Source: Eledone cirrhosa (taxonomy: Eukaryota). From it: a stretch of 64,000 nucleotides of DNA. Below are positions 41,779 through 57,410 of this stretch, one piece after another. The stretch covers positions 31,496,001 to 31,560,000 of the forward strand of contig OZ024757.1 of the NCBI GenBank assembly GCA_964016885.1, read 5' to 3'. The notes beneath the pieces were generated by a model. The model was not told the origin of the DNA, made no database searches, and was given only the letters and a program-made list of their open reading frames with translations. The stretch's first letter is position 1, and the number at the start of each line of letters is the position of its first letter. A program made the position numbers and the translations under genes.

Positions 41779-41843
41779 TATTTTGTCTGATGAAGACATA
41801 CCATAATTTAACTTGGTATCCTTGAAATATGTATAATGAAATA
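41779..41843 (+). ncRNA. Minimal hammerhead ribozyme, family A2 (with a deleted inverted copy at ~41621-41720)
   Basis: TATTTTGT-CTGATGA-AGACATACC...GGTATCCTT-GAAA-TATGTA-TA-ATGAAATA. Confidence 0.68.
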
Positions 41844-41970
41844 AATATGGTTTTATAAATATAGTTTCCATTTGTTAATATCGTATATCTACTCCAAATA
41901 CTTGTCGAGTGCTTTATATCAGTTATAAAAATATTTACTTGTTGTATCCCAACAATTTAAATAGAACTTT

Positions 41971-42010
<40 letters not shown>

Positions 42011-42177
42011 TATATGTTGGAGTACTTAAAATAATGTATATATAGATGTGTATGTGTGTGCATATATATATAACAAACTTAGCGTATATTTTATATGCAT
42101 AGTTTATATAACGCACACACATGTATATATGTAATATATCAATATATATATAGGTATATTACATAATGTAATTTATG

Positions 42178-42221
<44 letters not shown>

Positions 42222-42337
42222 TATATAAAATATGCATATAAAATATATTGGTATATATATATAAATATCGTCCCACCCTTGCAAGCAGGGAAGAGCGGTC
42301 TTAAAATGATGATGATGATGATGATATATATATATAT

Positions 42338-43166
42338 ATATAATATACCAATATATAATGTATTTTGTTATATATATATATATATAATATACCAATATAT
42401 AATGTATTTTGTTATATATATATAATATACCAATATATAATGTATTTTGTTATATATATATATATATATAATATACCAATATATAATGTATTTTGTTATA
42501 TATATATATATATAATATACCAATATATAATGTATTTTGTTATATATATATATATATAATATACCAATATATAATGTATTTTGTTATATATATATATATA
42601 TAATATACCAATATATAATGTATTTTGTTATATATATATATATATATAATATACCAATATATAATGTATTTTGTTATATATATATATATATAATATACCA
42701 ATATATAATGTATTTTGTTATATATATATATATATAATATACCAATCATCATCATCATCATCATCATCACCGTTTTACGTCCGTTCTTCCACGCTAGCAT
42801 GGGTTAGACGGGTTGTCCTGTTGTGGGCAGTGTCTGGTCGGCTGACCATGCCTTGCTCATACAGGAACTGATCTGGCTTGATTTCTACAGCTGGATGCCC
42901 TTCCTAACACCAACCTCATTTACAGTGAGTGCTGGGTGCTTTTTCGTGGCGCCTACACGTCCACTTTACAGTGTGGGCTGGGTGCTTTTTTGCCGTGGCA
43001 CCTCCACGACCACCTTGCGGTGGGGGGGGGGGCATATTGTTTATATGCTTCAGCATGTACCCAATATATAATGTATTTTGTTATATATATATAATATACC
43101 AATATATAATGTATTTTGTTATATATATATATATATATATATAATATACCAATATATAATGTATTT

Positions 43167-43170
<4 letters not shown>
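42338..43170. repeat. AATATACCAATATATAATGTATTTTGT(TA)n minisatellite split by a retroposon
   Basis: Units on both sides of 42746-43061. Confidence 0.9.
42746..43061 (-). mobile_element. Second, 5'-truncated copy of the 14170-14578 retroposon, inserted in a minisatellite
   Basis: Reverse complement nearly identical to ~14263-14578; CCAAT on both sides may be a target duplication. Confidence 0.85.
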
Positions 43171-43240
<70 letters not shown>

Positions 43241-43293
43241 TATTAAGTGAGGAAGAAAGGATAGTAGAGGCGTGTGTGTGTGTGTGTGTGTGT

Positions 43294-43326
<33 letters not shown>

Positions 43327-43641
43327 CGTGTATATGGGCGGAGACAAAAGGGTTACATTGGAACATTGAGGGTGGTCTGATGGGGGTAGGGGGCGGGTGT
43401 AAGAGTAAGAATTGTATTGCTTTGGATAAAATTATAGTAAGAATTTTAAAGAAAGCAAGAGGGGACAGTGAGAATGGGGTGACTTATTGATAACAAAGGA
43501 ATAAGGCAACAAGTATAATCACACACATATACATACACATACAATATATATATAGACACACACATACACACACACACATACACACACACACACTATCTAT
43601 ATATAGTTAAACACACGTACACACATACAGAAACATACAAT

Positions 43642-43703
<62 letters not shown>

Positions 43704-43912
43704 AAAGGAATTGTGGTAAGGAACCAGATGGAGCATAATGCACCAGAGTACTCAATACTTAGGGCAGTAGAGTGGGAAACAGGAAAAAAGTATGACCCCG
43801 ACGGCAGAGTTCAATATAAATATATATATACATATATATATACACATCCACACACAATATATATTTAGTTAAACACACACACACACACACACACATACAC
43901 ACATACATATAC

Positions 43913-43981
<69 letters not shown>

Positions 43982-44150
43982 CATATAGATACATACATAT
44001 AGATACATATAAATATATACATATATATGCAGGGGTTATATTTTCCGACACTCATTTGTATCACCCTCAATTATCTCCACTATCCACCGAATTTCAACCG
44101 TTGAGGTCTTTTTTCCGGGTGTGTTAATATTTATTTATAAAACAAATCTG

Positions 44151-44216
44151 TATTTTATCTGATGAAAGTGCACCATAATTTACCTTGGTCGCCCTTGAAA
44201 TATATATAATAAAATA
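44151..44216 (+). ncRNA. Minimal hammerhead ribozyme, repeat family A
   Basis: Stem I TATTTTAT/ATAAAATA, CTGATGA 44159-44165, imperfect stem II AAGTGCACC...GGTCGCCCTT, GAAA 44197-44200, palindromic ATATATAT stem III, AUA site. Confidence 0.72.
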
Positions 44217-44254
44217 ATTATGGTTTTATAAATATAGTTTCCATTTATTAATAT

Positions 44255-44289
<35 letters not shown>

Positions 44290-44425
44290 CGAAGGAAATG
44301 TGGTAAGGAACCAGGTGGACCATAACGCACCAAAGTACTCAATACTTAGGGTAGTAGAGTGGGTAATTTAGTCCAGAATTAGCCGTCGAAACGGCTTGAG
44401 CTCAGCCGTCGGGGTCCTACTCGTT

Positions 44426-44474
<49 letters not shown>

Positions 44475-44546
44475 GTACAGTAGTTGAACACGCGTACATA
44501 TATATAAGCATATAGTAGTTGAACACACGCTCACACATACACACAA

Positions 44547-44605
<59 letters not shown>

Positions 44606-45370
44606 TACAGGACTATAGGAGAGTGTGTGGAAAGAGAGAGGTTGTTTAGCGATAGAGAGGTTGGTATAACTATAGGAGAGGGGGAGAAAGAAAATAGAAT
44701 GGTGTTGTGTGTGAGAGAGAAAGAAGGTGGTGTTGGGAGAGAGAAAGAATGTGGTATTGTGAGAGAGTGTGTTATTGTGTAAGAGAGAGTGGTGTTGTGT
44801 AAGAGAGAGAGAGTGGTGTTGTGTAAGAGAGAGGTTTTGTGTGTGAAACAGAGAGGGTGTCATTGTGAGAGAGGGGGTGTCATTGTGCAAGAGAGAGAGT
44901 ATGAGAGAGAGGGCGTCATTGTGTAAGAGAGAGAGGTTTTGTCTGTATGTGAGAGAGAGAGGGCGTCATTGTGTAAGAGAGAGAGGTTTTGTGTGTATGT
45001 GAGAGAGAGGTTTTGTGTGTATGTGAGAGAGAGAGGGTGTCATTGTGTATGTGAGAGAGAGAGGGCGTCATTGTGTATGTGAGAGAGAGAGGGCGTCATT
45101 GTGTAAGAGAGAGAGAGAGAGAGTGTGTGAGAGAAGAAGGAGGCCAATGTATAAAGAGAGCGGGAGAGATAAACTAAAGGAGGCAACTAAACTGCAGCAG
45201 TCAGATATGATGTAAGAAACATGGTTTCTCTTACATTGTTATTACTGGACTATATATAATACATACAGCACATATATATATATACATACATACATATATA
45301 TATATATATGTACTATTGCTTAGTTACCTAACTGGACATGTTTCTAGCTCTCTTTCTTCCCCCCTCTCTC

Positions 45371-45972
45371 TCTCTAGCCCTTTGCCTTTCTCTCTCCCTC
45401 TCTAGCCCTTTGCCTCTCTCTCTCTCCCTCTCTAGCCCTTTGCCTCTCTCTCTCCCTCTCTAGCCCTTTGCCTCTCCCTCTCTAGCCCTTTGCCTCTCTC
45501 TCCCTCTCTAGCCCTTTGCCTCTCTCTCTCTCCCTCTCTAGCCCTTTGCCTCTCTCTCTCTCCCTCTCTAGCCCTTTGCCTCTCTCTCTCTCCCTCTCTA
45601 GCCCTTTGCCTCTCTCTCTCTCCCTCTCTAGCCCTTTGCCTCTCCCTCTCTCTCTCTCTAGTCCTTTGCCTCTCTCTCTCTCCCTCTCTAGCCCTTTGCC
45701 TCTCTCTCTCTCTCTCCCTCTCTAGCCCTTTGCCTCTCTCTCTCTCTAGCCCTTTGCCTCTCTCTCTCTCCCTCTCTAGCCCTTTGCCTCTCTCTCTCTC
45801 CCTCTCTAGCCCTTTGCCTCTCTCTCTCTCCCTCTCTAGCCCTTTGCCTCTCTCTCTCTCCCTCTCTAGCCCTTTGTCTCTCTCTCTCTCCCTCTCTAGC
45901 CCTTTGTCTCTCTCTCTCTAGCCCTTTGTCTCTCTCTCTCTAGCCCTTTGTCTCTCTCTCTCTAGCCCTTTG
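45371..45972. repeat. ~30-bp polypyrimidine minisatellite CTCTAGCCCTTTGCC(TC)n
   Basis: Direct inspection. Confidence 0.9.
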
Positions 45973-46242
45973 TGTGTGTATAGATATAGCCCTATGTCTC
46001 TCTCTCCTTCTAGCCCTTTTTATTGTATACACAGACACAATCCTTTATAATTCTAAGATAATCTAAAACCTTATTTCTGAAAGCTTTCCCTGTGATTTCT
46101 TTTGAATGAAACAGTTCTAGTCATGTAGAGGCTATTTCTATATTAAAGTTGACGTTTACACTTTACTAATGTATTGAGTAACTCACACTCACACACTCAC
46201 ATTCACACACTCACACTCACACACTTATAATATATATATATA

Positions 46243-46440
46243 ATGCCAGTTGAAGGAAGACGTGGTGGAGGTAGACCACGAAAAACATGGGCGGAGGTGG
46301 TGAGAACAGACCTCAGATCATTGAAGCTCACGGTGGAGATGACGAAGGACCGTGACGAGTGGAGAGATGCTGTGTTGAACAAGACCCGTCCCACCCTTGC
46401 AAGCAGGGAAAAGCGGACGTAAAATGATGATAATGATGAT
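46243..46440 (+). mobile_element. RTE LINE 3' terminus with (GAT)n tail
   Basis: VEGRRGGGRPRKTWAEVVRTDLRSLKLTVEMTKDRDEWRDAV is a typical RTE C-terminus; ends CCCACCCTTGCAAGCAGGGAAAAGCGGACGTAAAATGATGAT. Confidence 0.85.
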
Positions 46441-46846
46441 ATATATATATATATATAATTGTTTCTACTTTTGGCACAAGGCCAGCAATTATCCCAGCGT
46501 ATTACTGGTATTATAATAATAATAATAATAATAGATGGGAAGACTAAAATCCGAAGAGGGCTCGACAAGGATACTATATATATAAATTTATAAAACCATA
46601 GAGCAAATATTTACTAATATATATATAAAAGAGGGTGAGATAAGATACCAGGTGGACCATAACCCACTAGAGTATTCGATACGTGGGGTAGTGTAGAGGG
46701 CAATAGGGAAAGAATCAGGACCCTAGGTTCAACAGTTAATACATTATTTATATAATTTACTCATGCTTCATTCTCTACGGATACTACATTTGAGCTTTAA
46801 ATAAATATCTGATCGACTTACTGTTGCATTATCAACTTATAGAATT

Positions 46847-46923
<77 letters not shown>

Positions 46924-46953
46924 GAAAAACCACAGACCCTCCATCTCAACTCA

Positions 46954-46991
46954 CCTTTTGAAAAGCAGAAGAACTGCGAAACCGGTAAAGG
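46954..46991 (+). ncRNA. Decayed minimal hammerhead of another family
   Basis: CCTT-TTGAAAA (2 changes from CTGANGA)-GCAG AAGAA CTGC-GAAA-CCGG-TA-AAGG; all three stems intact, core mutated. Confidence 0.5.
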
Positions 46992-47060
46992 AACCAAATA
47001 AATATATATATTTAAAAAAAAAATAAGACTTCAGTTGCATTTTCGATTTCATCTCTTTTT

Positions 47061-47132
<72 letters not shown>

Positions 47133-47523
47133 CGAAGGAAGTGTGGTAAGGAACCAGGTGGACCATAACGCATCAGAGTACTCAATACTTAGGGTAGTAG
47201 AGTGGGTAATAGGAAAACGTTCAAGACCCTGACGGCAGAGCTCGAGCCGTTTCGACAGCTATTTCTGGACTTAGAAATATATATATTTTTTGTTTTGGTA
47301 TAGTATGGTTGGGTTTTGCCCCCCACCGCAATGTTCAATTTGTCAAGCTATTTAAACGTAATGTTATTACTCTAAAGACCTACCCTTATTGAGTGCTTTG
47401 CTACTCATTCCTTATTGTAGGTTGACTTTGCTTGGCCTCAGCCAAAGCTTCGATTTTACTCAGCTTCCACTTGTCTACACACACACACATACACACACAC
47501 ACCACACACCACACACACACACC

Positions 47524-47622
47524 CAGGGTGGACCAAAAGTCACAATACATTGGAAAAATAATTACGCTTTTAAGTTTCCATATTGTTTCTTATAAAAAGA
47601 TAATTATTTTTGGTCCACCCTG
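47524..47622. mobile_element. Tc1/mariner-type MITE
   Basis: 15-bp TIR CAGGGTGGACCAAAA / TTTTGGTCCACCCTG. Confidence 0.65.
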
Positions 47623-47830
47623 GATATATAACCCTCTTCCTGCTATTTCAAGCGTTAACATAATATATTCCTTCCATATACTGTACTGATTGTGTTGTTA
47701 TTTCTATTTACCATATATATACATATTTTTTTTTCTTCAAACTTACATTTTAGACTTAGCTCCGTTTAAATGATTATTTATCTAGTTAATTTCTACGGAC
47801 CAAGAAGAAAATGTGTAAATTTTGTCTGAC

Positions 47831-47882
<52 letters not shown>

Positions 47883-47907
47883 TTATATATATATATATAT
47901 ATACATT

Positions 47908-47974
<67 letters not shown>

Positions 47975-48001
47975 ATATTTATATATATATTTATATATAT
48001 T

Positions 48002-48036
<35 letters not shown>

Positions 48037-48045
48037 ATTTATATT

Positions 48046-48424
<379 letters not shown>

Positions 48425-48540
48425 TATATATAAAAACGAGGATGGGTTCAGTTTGAAACTAGTAATACCATTATTCAACAGAGTACTCGATACTTGGAGT
48501 AATAGAGTAGGGCTATATTATAGAGAGTCGGGACCCCGAT

Positions 48541-48600
<60 letters not shown>

Positions 48601-48748
48601 TGTCCCTCCCCCCCTCTCTCATATATATATATATATATACTGTCCCTCCCCCTCTCTCATATATATATAAACACGCACACCTCTATAATTTTGAAATAGC
48701 ATCTCTAAACATCGTAAACACTTAACACGGTAACGTGTGGCTATATAT

Positions 48749-48811
<63 letters not shown>

Positions 48812-48879
48812 TACACACATACACACACACACATAACCACAAACACACAGGCACAGACACACACACACACATAGTATTA

Positions 48880-49160
48880 AAGTGGGCGTTGCCAATTCTG
48901 TGTTGCCTTATCTCGCCTCCTCCTCCTCCGCCTTGAAACACGCCGAGTGTACGAGCATTCCATAGTAAAAACAAGCATGGCAGTAATTCTAGCGATGGTT
49001 AGTAGCCCTAACAGGAGGTAGAAGATCTGCAGCCCTGGAGGAATGGGGCGGGTTGGGGCCGCACAAACCCCCTATTGTGGTGTTTTTATAGTAACCCCCA
49101 TTTTGTTTTATATTTTTGTTATTTGACGTCACACCCACTTCGTATCGTCCGTCCTGTATC
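48880..49160. promoter_or_regulatory. Promoter-like GC/CpG-richer island
   Basis: CCAAT 48892, GGGGCGGG 49045-49052, CRE TGACGTCA 49124-49131, CACACCC 49130-49136. No TSS evidence. Confidence 0.3.
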
Positions 49161-49199
49161 ACTTGTAAAAACCCTTCCAGTTAGTAAAGAAATGATCAT

Positions 49200-49680
49200 C
49201 GTTTGGCGGAATCAGTAGAGCATCGGACAAAATGCTTTATGGCATATAGTTACAACCCTTTACTTGCTCAGTTGAAATCCCGCCATGGTTAGTTTTGCCT
49301 TTCATACTTACGAGTCACGTACTGGGGTCGATTTAATCGAATTTCCCCCCCCCCCCCCCAATAAATTGCAGGCCTTGTGTCTATATAAGAAATTATTATA
49401 ATTTTAGGGCGGTGGGTTGGCAGTATCGGTTGAGGGTCGGACGCCATGCTTTGCAGCAAAGAGTTACGGCCCTTTATGGTCTGAGTTCAAATCCCGCCGA
49501 GGTTAACTTTGTCTTTCATCCTTACGGGGTCGATAAAATAAAGTACCAGTAATGTACTGGGTAATTACTGGCCTTGTGCCAAAAGTAGAAACAATTATTA
49601 TTATAATACTGGGGTCAATAAAATAAAGTACCAGTAACGCCCTGGGGTCGATCTTAATCGATATTACCCTCCCTCAAGAA
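49200..49680 (+). mobile_element. Head-to-tail cluster of S1 SINE copies
   Basis: Two near-full copies and a fragment, each starting in the (ATT)n tail of the previous one. Confidence 0.8.
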
Positions 49681-49986
49681 TTTTTTTTTAAAAAAAATCA
49701 TAAGTCACTGTTGTGTTAACAACATAAGCGCATGGCGACGAAGTTGTAAATAGTGTTGTAATCAAACTGTAGTGCGGGTTTGTTGTAATCAAACTAGTAT
49801 CTCTCTCTCTCTCTCTCACACTATATATATATATATATGGCAGCAGAGTACTCAATACTTAGGGTAGTAGAGTGGGTAATAGGAAAATGTTTAACCCCGA
49901 CGGCAGAGCTCAAGCCGTTTCGACGGCTATTTCTGGACAGAAATAACCGTCTAAACGGCTTGAGCTCCGCCGTCGGGTTTAAACAT

Positions 49987-50036
<50 letters not shown>

Positions 50037-50114
50037 TTAATATAGATGAGATACTCTGCAATGTATTGAGTACCTTACTTACTGTGGTTATCTCCGACTC
50101 AACCCGGAATAACG

Positions 50115-50156
<42 letters not shown>

Positions 50157-50370
50157 GTCGTGAGTATTTTAAGACATATTATATCTACAGCATTGCTTCC
50201 TTTTTGTTTAATACAGGAGAGAGATCTTTTTACATGCCACAGGCACTTACACATCCATGCACATGCACGCTTACACATGCACGCTTGCACATGCAGGGAC
50301 ACATATCTACTTACACACACAGCAATTTATGCCTCCCACACACTCATACATAGACAGTCATAGATACCAA

Positions 50371-50416
<46 letters not shown>

Positions 50417-50911
50417 TACATACACATATATATATATACACATATATATATATATATATACACACATATATATATATACACACATATATATATATACACA
50501 CACATATATATATATATATATACATATATACATATATATATATACACATATATCCATATATATATACACATATATACACACACATATGTACACATATATA
50601 CACACACAAATACACACACACACACCTACGTACATATATATACACACAGTAATAATAATAATTTAATAATAATATATATACACACACGTCTTCAGTAATT
50701 TCTGGCAGTGTCTACCAACCCGAACCTCCCCAACTCTCTATCATCAGCCCCACTCCCGCACACTTATCTGGTTACTTATCCCCAGGGGGCAGGGAGAAGT
50801 GTGTGTAGTGGGGGGATCCCTGTTTTTGCTATGTCTAGCAAACACATTTCTTACTCTATAAGCTATTTTCTGTGTTTATAGTCATTATATATATATATAT
50901 ATATTCATTGC

Positions 50912-50966
<55 letters not shown>

Positions 50967-51146
50967 TTGTGTGTATATATACATATATTCATTGTGTGTG
51001 TATATATATATATATATTCATTGTGTGTGTATATATATATATATATTCATTGTGTGTGTATATATATATATATATTCATTGTGTATATATATATATATAT
51101 ATTCTATATTCATTGTCTGTATATATTCAGTTTATATACATTGTAT

Positions 51147-51177
<31 letters not shown>

Positions 51178-51261
51178 CATATATTCAGTTTATATACATT
51201 GTATATATATATATATATGTATATGTATATATATATACATATATTCAGTTTATATACATTG

Positions 51262-51294
<33 letters not shown>

Positions 51295-51331
51295 GTATAT
51301 ATATATACATATATTCAGTTTATATACATTG

Positions 51332-51362
<31 letters not shown>

Positions 51363-51482
51363 GTATATATATATATTCAGTTTATATACATTGTATATAT
51401 ATATGTATATATATATATATTCAGTTTATATACATTGTATATATATATATTTATACATATATATATATATTCAGTTTATATA

Positions 51483-51536
<54 letters not shown>

Positions 51537-51625
51537 ACATATATATATATATATTCAGTTTATATACATTATATATATATATATATATATATACATATTC
51601 ACTGTTTTTATTCAGTGTGTGTGTG

Positions 51626-51669
<44 letters not shown>

Positions 51670-51683
51670 GTACATGTGCATAT

Positions 51684-51723
<40 letters not shown>

Positions 51724-52224
51724 CATACATATATATATATATAATGTACATGTGCATATTGTGTGTGTGGCTGTGGATTCGGAGAGGGTCGGACTCCATG
51801 CTTTTCAGCATGGAGTTATGGCCCTTTGCGGTCATACGGTCATTCAAATACGGCTAAGGTCAACTTTGCATTTCATCCTTACAGGGTCAATAAAATAAAG
51901 TACCAGTAATACACTGGTGTAATTGCTGGCCTTGTGCCAAAAGTATAGACAATTGTGTGTGCATGCATGCATGCAGCGTTGAAGTGTGTGTATGCATGCA
52001 TGCATGTAGCATGGGTGCATATGTATGTACATTGTGTGTTTGTGTGCACGCATGGAACATGGATGTATATCTCTGTATATTTCGTGTGTATATATATATA
52101 TTTATATACATGTGTGTGTGTATATATCATCTATAATATATATATATATATACACACACACGTGTATATACATGCACACGTATATATATATATACACACA
52201 CGCACACACACACACACACACGTG

Positions 52225-52255
<31 letters not shown>

Positions 52256-52369
52256 GTGTTTATATATACACATACACACATGTGTATATATATATATATA
52301 TATATTGAGAGAGAGAGAGGGGGGGTTATGTATGTTATCGTTGTTGCTATTGGATACATCAATATCAAA

Positions 52370-52756
52370 ATACCTTGCGGTATTTGGTTCCAAATCTTTA
52401 CGTTCTGAGTTCAAATCCCGCCGAAGTCATCTTTGCTTTTCATTCCTTTATCCTTACGGGGTCGATAAAATAATGTACCAGTAACGTACTAGGGTCGATT
52501 TAACCGGACCCCCTCCTCCCTCTCAAGACAAAATTGTTGGCCTTGTGCCTAAATCAGAAGCCATTATTATGGGGCGTCTAAGGGCAATTGATTGGCAGAA
52601 TCGGTAGAGCATCAGACACCAAGCTTTGCAGCATCGAGTTCACGGCCCTTTACGGTCTGAGTTCACACCCCGCCAAGGTTACCTAGCTTTGCCTTTCATC
52701 CTTTACGCGGTCGATAAAATAAAAAAAAAGTACCAGTGATGTACTGGTGTCGATTT
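52370..52756 (+). mobile_element. Two tandem S1 SINE copies, the second cut by the assembly gap
   Basis: B-box GAGTTCAAATCC and core GGGGTCGATAAAA...GTACCAG seen twice. Confidence 0.8.
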
Positions 52757-52956
52757 NNNNNNNNNNNNNNNNNNNNNNNNNNNNNNNNNNNNNNNNNNNN
52801 NNNNNNNNNNNNNNNNNNNNNNNNNNNNNNNNNNNNNNNNNNNNNNNNNNNNNNNNNNNNNNNNNNNNNNNNNNNNNNNNNNNNNNNNNNNNNNNNNNNN
52901 NNNNNNNNNNNNNNNNNNNNNNNNNNNNNNNNNNNNNNNNNNNNNNNNNNNNNNNN
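52757..52956. other. Assembly gap (200 N)
   Basis: Run of exactly 200 N, likely a scaffolding placeholder; distance and orientation across it are uncertain. Confidence 0.99.
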
Positions 52957-55656
<2,700 letters not shown>

Positions 55657-57205
55657 GGGGAATAGTTTGAGTAATCTACAGTGTTCACCGTCGCCGGGGA
55701 CGTGATATTTGGTGCGGTTATCTACTCTATTATATCCGACTTCAACGAGATCGCCGCGTGGTCGGTTATAGGTATGGCTTACTATAACGTTAGTTTTATG
55801 AGGGGGGTGGTTTCTAGAGCTAGCGTTAGGAATGTAGGAAATTCCTCGGTTAAAGCCGGCGCTTATCAGGGCCCTATTGTAGTAATCAGCCGCTTGGTTG
55901 AAGATAGCCTCGAGATTCTATGTGAGATACTATAGACTATGGAGTTGAGAGTCTGCTTAGGGTGGTTGGAGGCATAATTAATATGAGAGGCACTCTCCAG
56001 GCTTATGGTATGGCTTGTATAAGCCCGTACTCAGCTCCAGGGTCATGTCCAGGAAGTTGACAACCCTGTGGTTGAGGTCCATAGTTACGGATAGGCCGTA
56101 TGACTTAAAGTGTATGTTTGTTAAGGTTCTCTATCCTACGGGGGCTATGGTTCCTAACGGTAAACAGGGCGTCGTCCCTATATACACCGCCTTGTAGGGC
56201 AGTATTTCTTCCCTAAGCTTATGTAGGAGGTATATCTCGACCAGGTCAGTTGCTTGCGCTGAGTCATTGGACCCTATCAGGGCGGTTGGTTATGGTCCAG
56301 TGGGAGCCTTCGAACTGGATAACGGTTCTACGCGCCGCTAGAATTATGTCTATTTCTTTTTTAGTGAGGCTAGTGTTAGATCTAGCTAAGATAAGTGCCT
56401 TATTTAAGAGTATGGGGGAGATAGAGGCGTAGTAACTATCTATATCAAACTGGATGAATTTCAGGGTGGCTTTATCCGGCAACTCGGTGAACCAATTTAT
56501 GACCTGGTCGGTGTTGCCCCAGAGGCAGACCTTAGCCTTTCTATTAAGCTCCAGTAGTACTCTGTCGAGGATCACTTTACTAATCTTACCTATATCTGAT
56601 GTAGAGGGGCATATTAGTCTAATAGAGGGGCTTTCATTAAAGTCATATTTGTGATCCTTAAGAGAGAATTTAGGCGTCAGAGGGACGTACGGGTTAGTGT
56701 ACTTTTCTATTTCTAAGCTGGTGACTATATCCTTCCCTACTCTATTTATGTCATTTAGGGTACTAGAGGGTGTCTTTTTGTAGTCTTTGTGTAGTTCCTT
56801 ATAGATGAATTTTTTATACTCACTCGCGTCCATCTTGTACAGCTTTTTGGTTTTGTCGGAGGTGACGAAGAGGTGCGGGTCATTCTTGATCTTAGTTATT
56901 AGTGTATCAAGGGACGTTAAGAATGGATTGCTGCATTGTTTCTTTCTGAGCTTAACGTTTTTGATCATTTTCAGCAGGTCCTCTTCAAAGGAGTCCAGTA
57001 AGGTGTTGTGCGGTGGGTTTCTGTATGTTTTGAAGCCATACCTCTCTTTGGGTTCAGGAAGGTTACGGGTGTTCTTATCCAGGTGGTAGGCCTTCCATCT
57101 GACTCTCCGTATAAACGAATTAGTAGCGTCTATAAGCAGTTTAAGGTAGGTTTTTCTGCTGGGTAAGGGGATACACTTGAGAGACATGGGTAACGGCTGG
57201 TTCTC
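55657..57205 (-). mobile_element. Penelope-like retroelement, RT region, frameshifted, GIY-YIG domain absent
   Basis: ATG at 57187: [19 protein letters not shown]...RWKAY...YGFKT...FEEDL...SDKT...KDHK...IRLICP...[10 protein letters not shown]. In shifted frames: [12 protein letters not shown], catalytic YRDD (56182-56171), VNFLDMTL, YKPYHKP, SNHP, YYNRAL. These are PLE RT/thumb motifs (Nematis-like by recollection). Both ends abut (TA)n. Confidence 0.88.
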
Positions 57206-57333
<128 letters not shown>

Positions 57334-57352
57334 TATATATATATATATATAA

Positions 57353-57397
<45 letters not shown>

Positions 57398-57410
57398 ATA
57401 AATATATATA

